64,000 bases of DNA from Escherichia coli (GCF_024223415.1 NZ_CP100500.1); one strand, 5' to 3'. Numbered from the stretch's first letter, positions 30,518-42,418 are shown. Notes: a model not told the origin generated them from the letters alone. Translations and numbers: made by a program.

Positions 30518-30607
30518 TTACTTCAGGTATTTCAGAACAGCATCAAGCAGTTGCAGTGCTGCAACAATGAGTTTGAGGATAAGAATGGCGATATCCACCA
30601 GGCTCAT
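30518..30607 (-). CDS. tisB: SOS-induced small toxic membrane peptide TisB (29 aa; not in the ORF track)
   Basis: Minus-strand translation MSLVDIAILILKLIVAALQLLDAVLKYLK*, the TisB peptide with one N-terminal substitution relative to my recollection of K-12. Confidence 0.9.
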   Translation of the reverse strand: MSLVDIAILILKLIVAALQLLDAVLKYLK

Positions 30608-30841
30608 ACGCGTCTCCTGTGGTTCAGGAGCACTGCCAGCTGACGTACCTTTCCGCTGCCTGTTGCCAGCTGTTGTGCACGCGGTATCTCAAGGAGAAAC
30701 GTTGTGCTTGTTGACATAACACAGTGTGCTCACGCGGGGTTAAGGCGCTGACGGCACCACCCGTTTCAGCCAGGACTTAGTGCGCCGGGTAACGATGCGG
30801 CCCCCGCATAACACATTGCGTACAGTGATATTATAGAAGTT

Positions 30842-30861
30842 TACTGTATAAATAAACAGTA
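30842..30861. promoter_or_regulatory. LexA operator (SOS box) of the tisAB/istR-2 locus
   Basis: TACTGTATAAATAAACAGTA fits the LexA consensus CTGT-N8-ACAG. Confidence 0.8.
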
Positions 30862-30967
30862 ATATTTGGACAAAACGCAAACTGTGATCGATACTCAACT
30901 ATGCACTAAATACGTCAAAATTCGTGCCGAAATTGCGCGTTCTGCGCGGAACACGTATACTTTCAGT

Positions 30968-31042
30968 GTTGACATAATACAGTGTGCTTTGCGGTTACCA
31001 GCCGCAGGCGACTGACGAAACCTCGCTCCGGCGGGGTTTTTT
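30968..31042 (+). ncRNA. istR: IstR-1 antitoxin sRNA (approximate ends; IstR-2 would start upstream, near 30.9 kb)
   Basis: TATACT -10-like hexamer at 30956-30961; the 5' region (30969-30994) is a near-repeat of 30711-30737, i.e. antisense to the tisAB leader about 105-130 nt upstream of the tisB start; T-run at about 31036-31042. Confidence 0.5.
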
Positions 31043-31171
31043 GTTATCTGCAATTCAGTACAAAACGTGATCAACCCCTCAATTTTCCCTTGCTGAAAAA
31101 TTTTCCATTGTCTCCCCTGTAAAGCTGTGCTTGTATAAATATTGTTAAACACAAAACCAACAAGGTCCCCA

Positions 31172-31270
31172 ATGACTACTTCCATGCTCAACGCAAAACT
31201 ACTACCAACTGCGCCATCCGCCGCAGTGGTCGTCGTGCGTGTGGTGGTGGTCGTCGGCAATGCGCCGTAG
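31172..31270 (+). CDS. ivbL: ilvB operon leader peptide (32 aa, Val/Leu-rich)
   Basis: Translation MTTSMLNAKLLPTAPSAAVVVVRVVVVVGNAP*; followed by an attenuator hairpin. Confidence 0.85.
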   Translation: MTTSMLNAKLLPTAPSAAVVVVRVVVVVGNAP

Positions 31271-31293
31271 GGACTGGAACAACACACGATTCC

Positions 31294-31330
31294 AAAACCC
31301 CGCCGGCGCAAACCGGGCGGGGTTTTTCGT
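31294..31330 (+). terminator. Transcription attenuator terminator of the ilvBN leader
   Basis: ccccgccggcgcaaaccgggcgggg hairpin followed by TTTTTCGTTT, directly downstream of ivbL. Confidence 0.75.
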
Positions 31331-31375
31331 TTAAGCACCTCCCGGAAAGTCGGCCCAGAAGAAAAGGACTGGAGC

Positions 31376-33064
31376 ATGGCAAGTTCGGGCACAACATCGA
31401 CGCGTAAGCGCTTTACCGGCGCAGAATTTATCGTTCATTTCCTGGAACAGCAGGGCATTAAGATTGTGACAGGCATTCCGGGCGGTTCTATCCTGCCTGT
31501 TTACGATGCCTTAAGCCAAAGCACGCAAATCCGCCATATTCTGGCCCGTCATGAACAGGGCGCGGGCTTTATCGCTCAGGGAATGGCGCGCACCGACGGT
31601 AAACCGGCGGTCTGTATGGCCTGTAGCGGACCGGGTGCGACTAACCTGGTGACCGCCATTGCCGATGCGCGGCTGGACTCCATCCCGCTGATTTGCATCA
31701 CTGGTCAGGTTCCCGCCTCGATGATCGGCACCGACGCCTTCCAGGAAGTGGACACCTACGGCATCTCTATCCCCATCACCAAACACAACTATCTGGTCAG
31801 ACATATCGAAGAACTCCCGCAGGTCATGAGCGATGCCTTCCGCATTGCGCAATCAGGCCGCCCAGGCCCGGTGTGGATAGATATTCCTAAGGATGTGCAA
31901 ACGGCAGTTTTTGAGATTGAAACACAGCCCGCTATGGCAGAAAAAGCCGCCGCCCCCGCCTTTAGCGAAGAAAGCATTCGTGACGCAGCGGCGATGATTA
32001 ACGCTGCCAAACGCCCGGTGCTTTATCTGGGCGGCGGTGTGATCAATGCGCCCGCACGGGTGCGTGAACTGGCGGAGAAAGCGCAACTGCCTACCACCAT
32101 GACTTTAATGGCGCTGGGCATGTTGCCAAAAGCGCATCCGTTGTCGCTGGGTATGCTGGGGATGCACGGCGTGCGCAGCACCAACTATATTTTGCAGGAG
32201 GCGGATTTGTTGATAGTGCTCGGTGCGCGTTTTGATGACCGGGCGATTGGCAAAACCGAGCAGTTCTGTCCGAATGCCAAAATCATTCATGTCGATATCG
32301 ACCGTGCAGAGCTGGGTAAAATCAAGCAGCCGCACGTGGCGATTCAGGCGGATGTTGATGACGTGCTGGCGCAGTTGATCCCGCTGGTGGAAGCGCAACC
32401 GCGTGCAGAGTGGCACCAGTTGGTAGCGGATTTGCAGCGTGAGTTTCCGTGTCCAATCCCGAAAGCGTGCGATCCGTTAAGCCATTACGGCCTGATCAAC
32501 GCCGTTGCCGCCTGTGTCGATGACAATGCAATTATCACCACCGACGTTGGTCAGCATCAGATGTGGACCGCGCAAGCTTATCCGCTCAATCGCCCACGCC
32601 AGTGGCTGACCTCCGGTGGGCTGGGCACGATGGGTTTTGGCCTGCCTGCGGCGATTGGCGCTGCGCTGGCGAACCCGGATCGCAAAGTGTTGTGTTTCTC
32701 CGGCGACGGCAGCCTGATGATGAATATTCAGGAGATGGCGACCGCCAGTGAAAATCAGCTGGATGTCAAAATCATTCTGATGAACAACGAAGCGCTGGGG
32801 CTGGTGCATCAGCAACAGAGTCTGTTCTACGAGCAAGGCGTTTTTGCCGCCACCTATCCGGGCAAAATCAACTTTATGCAGATTGCCGCCGGATTCGGCC
32901 TCGAAACCTGTGATTTGAATAACGAAGCCGATCCGCAGGCTTCATTGCAGGAAATCATCAATCGCCCTGGCCCGGCGCTGATCCATGTGCGCATTGATGC
33001 CGAAGAAAAAGTTTACCCGATGGTGCCGCCAGGTGCGGCGAATACTGAAATGGTGGGGGAATAA
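31376..33064 (+). CDS. ilvB: Acetolactate synthase I large subunit (562 aa)
   Basis: ThDP-dependent enzyme translation; followed by the small regulatory subunit. Confidence 0.9.
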   Translation: MASSGTTSTRKRFTGAEFIVHFLEQQGIKIVTGIPGGSILPVYDALSQSTQIRHILARHEQGAGFIAQGMARTDGKPAVCMACSGPGATNLVTAIADARLDSIPLICITGQVPASMIGTDAFQEVDTYGISIPITKHNYLVRHIEELPQVMSDAFRIAQSGRPGPVWIDIPKDVQTAVFEIETQPAMAEKAAAPAFSEESIRDAAAMINAAKRPVLYLGGGVINAPARVRELAEKAQLPTTMTLMALGMLPKAHPLSLGMLGMHGVRSTNYILQEADLLIVLGARFDDRAIGKTEQFCPNAKIIHVDIDRAELGKIKQPHVAIQADVDDVLAQLIPLVEAQPRAEWHQLVADLQREFPCPIPKACDPLSHYGLINAVAACVDDNAIITTDVGQHQMWTAQAYPLNRPRQWLTSGGLGTMGFGLPAAIGAALANPDRKVLCFSGDGSLMMNIQEMATASENQLDVKIILMNNEALGLVHQQQSLFYEQGVFAATYPGKINFMQIAAGFGLETCDLNNEADPQASLQEIINRPGPALIHVRIDAEEKVYPMVPPGAANTEMVGE

Positions 33065-33067
33065 GCC

Positions 33068-33358
33068 ATGCAAAACACAACTCATGACAACGTAATTCTG
33101 GAGCTCACCGTTCGCAACCATCCGGGCGTAATGACCCACGTTTGTGGCCTTTTTGCCCGCCGCGCTTTTAACGTTGAAGGCATTCTTTGTCTGCCGATTC
33201 AGGACAGCGACAAAAGCCATATCTGGCTACTGGTCAATGACGACCAGCGTCTGGAGCAGATGATAAGCCAAATCGATAAGCTGGAAGATGTCGTGAAAGT
33301 GCAGCGTAATCAGTCCGATCCGACGATGTTTAACAAGATCGCGGTGTTTTTTCAGTAA
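33068..33358 (+). CDS. ilvN: Acetolactate synthase I small (regulatory) subunit (96 aa)
   Basis: ACT-domain small ORF 4 nt after ilvB. Confidence 0.9.
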
Positions 33359-33432
33359 CCGCTCAAGGCTTGAACAACATCGCGCTTATCGTTAAGGTAA
33401 GCGCGTTTTTTTTTACCCGCCAGGACAAGACC

Positions 33433-34023
33433 ATGATCACCGTTGCCCTTATAGACGATCACCTCATCGTCCGCTCCGGCTTTGCGCAGCTGCTGGGGCT
33501 GGAACCTGATTTGCAGGTAGTTGCCGAGTTTGGTTCGGGGCGCGAGGCGCTGGCGGGGCTGCCGGGGCGCGGTGTGCAGGTGTGTATTTGCGATATCTCC
33601 ATGCCCGATATCTCCGGTCTGGAGCTGCTAAGCCAGCTGCCGAAAGGTATGGCGACGATTATGCTCTCCGTTCACGACAGTCCTGCGCTGGTTGAGCAGG
33701 CGCTTAACGCGGGGGCACGCGGCTTTCTTTCCAAACGCTGTAGTCCGGATGAACTCATTGCTGCGGTGCATACGGTTGCCACGGGCGGCTGTTATCTGAC
33801 GCCGGATATTGCCATTAAACTGGCATCCGGTCGTCAGGACCCGCTAACCAAACGTGAACGCCAGGTGGCGGAAAAACTGGCGCAAGGAATGGCGGTGAAA
33901 GAGATTGCCGCCGAACTGGGCTTGTCACCGAAAACGGTACACGTCCATCGCGCCAATCTGATGGAAAAACTGGGCGTCAGTAACGACGTAGAGCTGGCGC
34001 GCCGCATGTTTGATGGCTGGTGA
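33433..34023 (+). CDS. uhpA: Response regulator UhpA (NarL/FixJ family, 196 aa)
   Basis: Receiver domain plus LuxR-type HTH; start placed at [10 protein letters not shown] (track ORF starts 21 codons upstream). Confidence 0.9.
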
Positions 34024-35525
34024 TGAAGACGTTGTTCTCCCGCTTAATTACCGTTATTGCCTGCTTTTTTATCTTCTCTGCCGCATGGTTTTGCCTGTGG
34101 AGTATCAGCCTGCATCTGGTTGAGCGCCCTGATATGGCGGTGCTGTTATTTCCGTTTGGTCTGCGTCTGGGGCTAATGCTGCAATGCCCGCGCGGATACT
34201 GGCCGGTGCTGCTGGGCGCGGAGTGGCTGCTGATTTACTGGCTAACGCAGGCGGTCGGTTTAACCCATTTTCCGTTATTGATGATCGGTAGTTTACTGAC
34301 GTTACTGCCCGTAGCGCTGATCTCGCGCTATCGCCATCAGCGTGACTGGCGCACCTTGCTGTTACAGGGGGCGGCGTTAACGGCGGCGGCGTTGTTGCAG
34401 TCGCTGCCCTGGCTTTGGCACGGCAAAGAGTCGTGGAATGCGCTGTTGCTGACTTTAACTGGCGGCCTGACGCTGGCCCCGATATGTCTGGTGTTCTGGC
34501 ACTATCTCGCCAATAACACCTGGCTGCCGCTCGGCCCGTCACTGGTTTCTCAGCCAATCAACTGGCGCGGGCGACATCTGGTCTGGTACTTGCTGCTGTT
34601 TGTTATCAGTCTCTGGCTCCAGTTGGGATTGCCGGACGAACTGTCGCGCTTTACGCCATTCTGTCTGGCGCTGCCGATTATCGCGCTGGCCTGGCACTAT
34701 GGTTGGCAAGGGGCGCTGATTGCGACGTTGATGAACGCCATCGCGCTGATCGCCAGTCAAACCTGGCGCGATCATCCGGTGGATTTATTGCTCTCGCTGC
34801 TGGTGCAAAGTCTGACAGGGTTGTTGCTTGGCGCTGGCATCCAGCGGTTGCGTGAACTTAACCAGTCGCTGCAAAAGGAACTGGCGCGCAATCAGCATCT
34901 GGCTGAACGGTTGCTGGAAACCGAAGAGAGCGTGCGCCGTGATGTGGCGCGTGAGCTGCATGATGATATCGGTCAGACCATCACTGCTATTCGTACTCAG
35001 GCGGGCATTGTTCAGCGGCTGGCGGCAGATAACGCCAGCGTGAAGCAGAGCGGGCAGCTCATCGAACAACTATCGCTGGGCGTTTACGACGCGGTGCGCC
35101 GTTTGTTGGGTCGGTTACGTCCGCGCCAGTTGGATGATCTCACCCTGGAGCAGGCCATCCGCTCACTGATGCGGGAAATGGAGCTGGAAGGGCGCGGTAT
35201 TGTCAGCCATCTCGAATGGCGAATCGATGAATCAGCGTTAAGCGAAAACCAGCGCGTGACGCTGTTTCGTGTCTGCCAGGAAGGGCTGAACAACATTGTG
35301 AAACATGCTGATGCCAGCGCGGTCACCCTGCAAGGCTGGCAGCAGGATGAACGGTTGATGCTGGTTATTGAAGACGATGGCAGCGGTTTGCCGCCGGGTT
35401 CCGGGCAACAAGGTTTTGGCCTCACCGGAATGCGCGAGCGCGTAACGGCGCTGGGTGGCACATTACACATTTCCTGTCTGCACGGCACGCGTGTCAGCGT
35501 TTCTCTACCTCAACGCTATGTCTAA
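34023..35525 (+). CDS. uhpB: Sensor histidine kinase UhpB (500 aa)
   Basis: N-terminal multi-TM domain plus HisKA_3/HATPase region; start overlaps uhpA stop. Confidence 0.9.
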
Positions 35526-35534
35526 GGTTTGATG

Positions 35535-36854
35535 ATGTTGCCGTTTCTGAAAGCGCCTGCCGATGCGCCATTAATGACTGATAAATATGAAATTGATGCC
35601 CGCTATCGCTACTGGCGTCGGCATATTCTGCTGACCATCTGGCTGGGTTACGCGCTGTTTTACTTCACGCGGAAAAGTTTTAACGCCGCCGTACCAGAAA
35701 TCCTTGCTAACGGCGTGCTCAGCCGTAGCGATATCGGCCTGTTAGCGACCCTGTTTTACATTACCTATGGCGTGTCGAAGTTTGTCTCCGGCATTGTCAG
35801 CGATCGCTCAAATGCCCGTTATTTTATGGGGATAGGGCTTATCGCCACGGGCATTATCAACATTCTGTTTGGCTTCTCGACGTCGCTATGGGCGTTTGCC
35901 GTACTCTGGGTGCTGAACGCCTTTTTCCAGGGCTGGGGTTCACCGGTGTGTGCGCGTCTGTTAACCGCCTGGTATTCTCGTACCGAGCGCGGCGGTTGGT
36001 GGGCATTATGGAACACGGCGCATAACGTCGGCGGCGCACTCATTCCCATTGTGATGGCAGCGGCTGCACTACATTACGGCTGGCGTGCCGGGATGATGAT
36101 TGCTGGTTGTATGGCGATCGTCGTGGGAATTTTTCTCTGCTGGCGGCTGCGCGATCGCCCGCAGGCGTTAGGTTTACCGGCGGTCGGTGAATGGCGACAC
36201 GACGCGCTGGAGATAGCTCAACAACAAGAAGGGGCAGGGCTGACGCGTAAAGAGATCCTCACCAAATATGTGTTGCTGAATCCGTATATCTGGCTGCTTT
36301 CGTTTTGCTATGTGCTGGTCTATGTGGTCCGGGCGGCGATCAACGACTGGGGCAATTTGTATATGTCCGAGACGCTGGGCGTCGATCTGGTCACGGCGAA
36401 TACGGCAGTGACGATGTTTGAACTGGGTGGATTTATCGGTGCGCTGGTAGCGGGTTGGGGCTCGGACAAATTGTTTAACGGCAACCGAGGGCCGATGAAT
36501 TTGATTTTCGCCGCCGGAATTTTGCTTTCAGTCGGCTCCCTGTGGCTGATGCCATTTGCCAGCTACGTGATGCAGGCAACCTGCTTCTTCACCATTGGTT
36601 TTTTTGTCTTTGGCCCACAGATGTTAATCGGTATGGCGGCGGCAGAGTGTTCCCACAAAGAGGCGGCAGGGGCGGCGACGGGGTTTGTCGGCTTGTTTGC
36701 TTATCTGGGGGCGTCGCTTGCTGGTTGGCCGCTGGCGAAAGTACTCGATACCTGGCACTGGAGCGGATTTTTTGTGGTTATCTCTATCGCCGCCGGGATT
36801 TCCGCACTGCTGTTACTGCCCTTTTTGAACGCCCAGACACCGCGCGAAGCGTGA
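35535..36854 (+). CDS. uhpC: MFS sugar-phosphate sensor UhpC (439 aa)
   Basis: MFS translation paralogous to the downstream uhpT. Confidence 0.9.
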   Translation: MLPFLKAPADAPLMTDKYEIDARYRYWRRHILLTIWLGYALFYFTRKSFNAAVPEILANGVLSRSDIGLLATLFYITYGVSKFVSGIVSDRSNARYFMGIGLIATGIINILFGFSTSLWAFAVLWVLNAFFQGWGSPVCARLLTAWYSRTERGGWWALWNTAHNVGGALIPIVMAAAALHYGWRAGMMIAGCMAIVVGIFLCWRLRDRPQALGLPAVGEWRHDALEIAQQQEGAGLTRKEILTKYVLLNPYIWLLSFCYVLVYVVRAAINDWGNLYMSETLGVDLVTANTAVTMFELGGFIGALVAGWGSDKLFNGNRGPMNLIFAAGILLSVGSLWLMPFASYVMQATCFFTIGFFVFGPQMLIGMAAAECSHKEAAGAATGFVGLFAYLGASLAGWPLAKVLDTWHWSGFFVVISIAAGISALLLLPFLNAQTPREA

Positions 36855-36991
36855 TGCATCTCACCTTTTCACTTCATATCCGGCAAAACTAAGAAATTTT
36901 CCAGGTTTTGCCTGGACGCTATCTCAGGCCTGATTTGCTGCTGATTTTTACAATGCATGCCTCACGCAGGTATTCATTTCAGGAGTAACCC

Positions 36992-38383
36992 ATGCTGGCT
37001 TTCTTAAACCAGGTTCGCAAGCCGACCCTGGACCTTCCGCTCGAAGTGCGGCGCAAAATGTGGTTCAAACCGTTCATGCAATCCTACCTGGTGGTCTTTA
37101 TCGGCTACCTGACGATGTACCTGATTCGCAAGAACTTTAACATCGCGCAGAACGATATGATTTCGACCTACGGGTTGAGCATGACGCAGCTGGGGATGAT
37201 CGGCCTGGGTTTCTCCATCACTTATGGCGTGGGTAAAACGCTGGTTTCCTACTACGCCGACGGCAAAAACACCAAACAATTCCTGCCGTTCATGCTGATC
37301 CTCTCTGCTATTTGTATGCTGGGCTTCAGTGCCAGTATGGGCAGCGGCTCGGTTAGCCTGTTCCTGATGATTGCCTTCTACGCCTTAAGCGGCTTTTTCC
37401 AGAGTACCGGCGGTTCGTGCAGTTACTCCACCATCACCAAATGGACGCCGCGTCGTAAACGCGGGACATTCCTCGGTTTCTGGAATATTTCTCACAACCT
37501 TGGCGGTGCAGGCGCAGCAGGTGTGGCGCTGTTCGGGGCAAATTACCTGTTCGATGGCCATGTCATCGGCATGTTTATCTTCCCGTCGATTATCGCGCTG
37601 ATTGTCGGTTTTATCGGCCTGCGTTACGGCAGCGACTCCCCGGAATCTTATGGCCTCGGCAAAGCTGAAGAACTGTTCGGCGAGGAGATCAGCGAAGAGG
37701 ACAAAGAGACAGAATCTACCGATATGACCAAGTGGCAGATCTTTGTTGAGTATGTGCTGAAAAACAAAGTGATCTGGCTGCTGTGCTTCGCCAACATTTT
37801 CCTCTATGTGGTACGTATTGGTATCGACCAGTGGTCAACCGTATACGCGTTCCAGGAACTGAAACTCTCTAAAGCGGTGGCGATTCAGGGCTTTACGCTG
37901 TTTGAAGCTGGTGCGCTGGTCGGTACGCTGCTGTGGGGCTGGCTCTCTGACCTGGCGAACGGTCGCCGTGGCCTGGTGGCCTGCATCGCGCTGGCGCTGA
38001 TTATCGCCACGCTCGGTGTGTATCAACATGCCAGTAACGAATATATCTATCTGGCTTCTCTCTTTGCGTTGGGTTTCCTGGTCTTTGGCCCGCAATTGTT
38101 GATTGGTGTGGCTGCTGTTGGCTTTGTACCTAAAAAAGCGATTGGCGCTGCCGATGGTATTAAAGGCACCTTTGCTTACCTGATTGGTGACAGCTTTGCC
38201 AAGTTAGGTCTGGGAATGATTGCCGATGGGACGCCGGTATTCGGCCTTACCGGCTGGGCAGGCACCTTCGCCGCGCTGGATATCGCCGCGATTGGTTGTA
38301 TCTGCCTGATGGCGATAGTGGCGGTAATGGAAGAACGCAAAATCCGCCGCGAGAAAAAAATTCAGCAGTTGACAGTGGCATAA
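36992..38383 (+). CDS. uhpT: Hexose-6-phosphate:phosphate antiporter UhpT (463 aa)
   Basis: MFS organophosphate:Pi antiporter translation [33 protein letters not shown]... Confidence 0.95.
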
Positions 38384-38401
38384 ACGTAACTGGTGACTTT
38401 T

Positions 38402-38427
38402 GCCCGGCATGACGCCGGGCTTTTTTT
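38402..38427 (+). terminator. Rho-independent terminator after uhpT
   Basis: gcccggc-atga-cgccgggc hairpin followed by a T7 run. Confidence 0.7.
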
Positions 38428-38428
38428 A

Positions 38429-40195
38429 TTATTCCGTGACTTCCAGCGTAGTGAAGGCAAACTTCTCGCCATCAAATAGCCCCTGACTGGTTAGTTTTAG
38501 CGCGGGGATCACTGGCAGAGAAAGAAACGCCATCTGAATAAACGGCTCATCGGGTAACGGACCGCATTCACGGGCGGCGGCTTTCAAGGCGTCAATTTGT
38601 TCCGCCAGCGACTGCGCCGTGTCGGTGCTCATCAGCCCGGCAATGGGTAACGGCAGATGACTTTGTACCTGGCCGTTACGTACCACGCACAGCCCGCCGC
38701 CATCCTGAATCACCTGATTGACCGCCAGCGCCATCTCTTCGGCACTGCGACCGATCACCACAATATTATGGCTGTCATGGCTGACCGTCGCAGCCAGCGC
38801 ACCTTCATTCAGTCCAAAGCCGCCAAGCAAACCACAAGCCGGAGCCAGCCGTTGCCCGTAACGCTCAAGTACGGCAATAAAGCTCACATCATCGCGATCA
38901 AAACCATTTTCGCTGTAGACGCTGGAGTGGGAGTGCGTAATCAATTCGTTATGGATGACGTCAATGACCCGATAGCGTTTTCCGGGCGTAAATTGCAGGG
39001 CAAAGTCGCTGGCGGAAACTGGCTGGCGGGCAATGGTGTTGCCATATGGCGGAGCGGATTGTGCCAGTCTCGCCGACTCTTCCGCCTGTAAGGTTTGCGC
39101 ATCAATCGGCTCGCCTTTCACCAGTACCTGCTGCACCGTGACCTTACGCGCATCGCTCAACAGGACGATATCGGCCTGCTTGCCGGGTGCCAGTAAGCCG
39201 AGGTGATTCAGACCAAAGTGGCGCGCCGTCGACCAGCTGGCGACGCGATATGCCACATGCAGCGGCACATTGTGTTGTTCGATCAGGCGGCGAATTAAGG
39301 CATCGATGTGTCCTTCATGGGCGATCTCCCACGGGTTACGGTCATCGGTACAGAGCATGCATTGCGGGCTGTTAAATTCGTTGATCAACGGTGCCAGCGC
39401 GTTGAGATTGCGGGCAGCGGACCCTTCGCGGATCATCAACGACATGCCGAGTTGTAATTTCCGGCGTCCTTCTTCCAGCTGATAACTTTCGTGGCAGTTT
39501 TCAATACCCGCAGTAATATAGGCGTTAAGTTCTTTACCACCCAAACCCGGGCAGTGACCGTCCAGCGTCAGGTGGCGAAATGCATCCAGTTTATCGAGCA
39601 GCGCATTCTGCCCGCTAATTACGCCAGGGTAGTCCATCATTTCTGCAAGGCCGGTAACCTGCGGATGGTCCCGCCAGGCGAGCATCTGTTCAAGGGTAAA
39701 ACTGGCACCGTTAACATCGCAGCCTTCCAGGGCGGGTACGCAAGAGCTGACCTGTAAGTACTGGTTTTGCCTTGCCTGTTCGGCACAGCGGGCAAACCAG
39801 GCGAATCCGGCTTCGCCCATCACGTTGACGATTTCATGAGGGTCGCAAATAACGGTCGTCAGGCCGCGCGGCAGGGTAGCGGTTTCAAAAGTGACCGGCG
39901 TCATCATGCTGGATTCAATATGCAGGTGAGCATCAATAAACCCTGGCACCGCCGTTGCGCCGCGAGCATCAATCCGCTGCAAAGCCGGAGCATCAGTGTA
40001 TTCTGCGCCAACACCGGCAATGTAACGTCCTTTAATCACAATTGGGCCGGAAATTTCTCCGCCATTGATCAGGTCGAGAATAGAGACATTATCAATAATA
40101 TAATCGGCAACAGCGTCGCCACGGGAAACGGCTAACAATTCCTGGTATTCAGCCCGGCTAATGTGATGAAATTTATGGTTAATAGAATTATTCAT
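38429..40195 (-). CDS. ade: Adenine deaminase (588 aa)
   Basis: Amidohydrolase metal-binding motif ([13 protein letters not shown]) near the N-terminus. Confidence 0.9.
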
Positions 40196-40368
40196 ATTTT
40201 TCTCATTTTGATTTTATCAATTTGATTATTATTTATCATAAAGAAACGTCGCGAGATTATTAAAGAATATCCATTAATGTGCAATTGAAATGTGATAATT
40301 ATCACTGAACCGTTGTTGTCATTTGTTTTACAAAAGCAAGGGATTAAATCTCCTCCAATGGACAAAAA

Positions 40369-41703
40369 ATGAATAATGACAATACCGATTACGTGAGTAA
40401 TGAATCAGGGACGCTTTCGCGATTATTTAAACTACCTCAGCATGGGACCACCGTCCGCACAGAATTGATTGCGGGGATGACCACTTTTTTAACCATGGTG
40501 TACATCGTTTTTGTGAACCCGCAAATCCTCGGCGCGGCACAAATGGACCCGAAAGTGGTGTTTGTTACCACCTGTTTGATTGCCGGTATCGGCAGTATTG
40601 CGATGGGGATATTTGCTAACTTACCCGTGGCGCTGGCTCCGGCAATGGGGCTGAACGCCTTCTTTGCCTTCGTGGTCGTGGGGGCGATGGGCATCTCCTG
40701 GCAGACCGGGATGGGCGCAATATTCTGGGGCGCAGTTGGACTATTTTTGCTCACGCTGTTTCGTATCCGGTACTGGATGATCTCCAACATTCCCTTAAGT
40801 TTACGTATTGGTATCACCAGCGGAATTGGATTATTTATCGCCTTAATGGGATTAAAAAATACTGGCGTTATTGTCGCCAATAAAGACACGCTGGTGATGA
40901 TTGGCGATTTAAGTTCTCACGGCGTGTTGTTAGGTATTTTAGGGTTTTTTATTATAACCGTGTTGTCATCACGTCATTTTCATGCCGCGGTGCTGGTTTC
41001 TATTGTGGCGACGTCTTGCTGTGGATTATTTTTCGGTGATGTTCATTTTAGCGGCGTCTATTCCATTCCGCCTGATATTAGCGGCGTCATTGGTGAAGTA
41101 GATTTGAGCGGCGCGTTAACACTTGAACTCGCCGGTATCATTTTCTCCTTTATGCTGATCAACCTATTTGATTCATCAGGAACATTAATTGGTGTAACTG
41201 ATAAAGCGGGCTTAATAGATGGTAACGGTAAATTCCCCAATATGAATAAGGCGCTGTATGTTGATAGCGTCAGTTCGGTGGCGGGTGCGTTTATCGGCAC
41301 CTCGTCTGTTACTGCCTATATTGAAAGTACTTCTGGTGTGGCAGTCGGTGGCCGCACGGGGCTGACTGCGGTTGTGGTTGGCGTTATGTTCCTGTTGGTT
41401 ATGTTCTTCTCACCGCTGGTGGCGATGGTTCCTCCTTACGCAACCGCCGGAGCGTTAATCTTTGTTGGCGTGCTGATGACTTCGAGCCTGGCGCGCGTTA
41501 ACTGGGATGATTTTACCGAATCGGTGCCTGCGTTTATTACCACGGTGATGATGCCCTTTACTTTCTCGATCACCGAAGGGATTGCACTCGGCTTTATGTC
41601 GTACTGCATCATGAAAGTGTGCACCGGGCGCTGGCGCGATCTGAACCTGTGTGTGGTGGTGGTCGCAGCTCTGTTTGCACTGAAGATTATTCTGGTGGAT
41701 TAG
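40369..41703 (+). CDS. adeQ: Purine (adenine) permease, NCS2/AzgA-like (444 aa)
   Basis: Multi-TM NCS2-type translation; divergent from ade. Confidence 0.85.
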   Translation: MNNDNTDYVSNESGTLSRLFKLPQHGTTVRTELIAGMTTFLTMVYIVFVNPQILGAAQMDPKVVFVTTCLIAGIGSIAMGIFANLPVALAPAMGLNAFFAFVVVGAMGISWQTGMGAIFWGAVGLFLLTLFRIRYWMISNIPLSLRIGITSGIGLFIALMGLKNTGVIVANKDTLVMIGDLSSHGVLLGILGFFIITVLSSRHFHAAVLVSIVATSCCGLFFGDVHFSGVYSIPPDISGVIGEVDLSGALTLELAGIIFSFMLINLFDSSGTLIGVTDKAGLIDGNGKFPNMNKALYVDSVSSVAGAFIGTSSVTAYIESTSGVAVGGRTGLTAVVVGVMFLLVMFFSPLVAMVPPYATAGALIFVGVLMTSSLARVNWDDFTESVPAFITTVMMPFTFSITEGIALGFMSYCIMKVCTGRWRDLNLCVVVVAALFALKIILVD

Positions 41704-41755
41704 TAACTGGCGAGGGTTTCCAGATATCATGAGTTCTGATTACGCAGGAGAACTC

Positions 41756-42208
41756 ATGATCTGGATAATGCTCGCCACGCTGGCAGTGGTGTTTGTGGTT
41801 GGTTTTCGGGTGCTGACATCCGGGGCCAGAAAAGCGATTCGCCGTCTCAGCGATCGGCTGAATATCGATGTCATACCCGTGGAGTCGATGGTCGATCAAA
41901 TGGGAAAGTCAGCCGGTGACGAATTTTTACGTTATTTGCATCGTCCGGATGAGTCGCACCTGCAAAACGCCGCGCAGGTGTTGCTCATCTGGCAAATTGT
42001 CATTGTCGATGGTAGCGAACAGAACCTGCTGCAATGGCATCGGATTTTACAAAAAGCCCGTCTTGCCGCGCCGATTACCGATGCTCAGGTCAGGCTGGCG
42101 CTGGGGTTTCTGCGCGAAACCGAACCTGAAATGCAGGATATTAATGCTTTTCAGATGCGCTATAACGCGTTCTTTCAGCCTGCCGAGGGCGTTCACTGGC
42201 TGCATTAA
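41756..42208 (+). CDS. yicN: Uncharacterized protein YicN (DUF1198, 150 aa)
   Basis: ORF with N-terminal TM helix starting MIWIMLATLAVVFVVGF. Confidence 0.75.
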   Translation: MIWIMLATLAVVFVVGFRVLTSGARKAIRRLSDRLNIDVIPVESMVDQMGKSAGDEFLRYLHRPDESHLQNAAQVLLIWQIVIVDGSEQNLLQWHRILQKARLAAPITDAQVRLALGFLRETEPEMQDINAFQMRYNAFFQPAEGVHWLH

Positions 42209-42218
42209 AACCGCTTCG

Positions 42219-42282
42219 TCTTATCAGCCTACAGACCGCGCCTGACCTGTCGGGTGGATAAGACGTTCACGCCGCATCCGGT
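42219..42282. repeat. REP-like palindromic element between yicN and nepI
   Basis: ggataagacgttcacgccgcatccgg resembles the REP consensus. Confidence 0.5.
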
Positions 42283-42418
42283 AATCTTTGCCCTGTTCCG
42301 TTTCGATCTTAACTCCAGCTCAAGCAACACCGTAAAAGTTGCAAAAACGTTAAATGCGTCACACATTTCAATGTTAAAGTGGTCGGCTTTTCCCCTGAAA
42401 CATGCCACGGGTAACACC

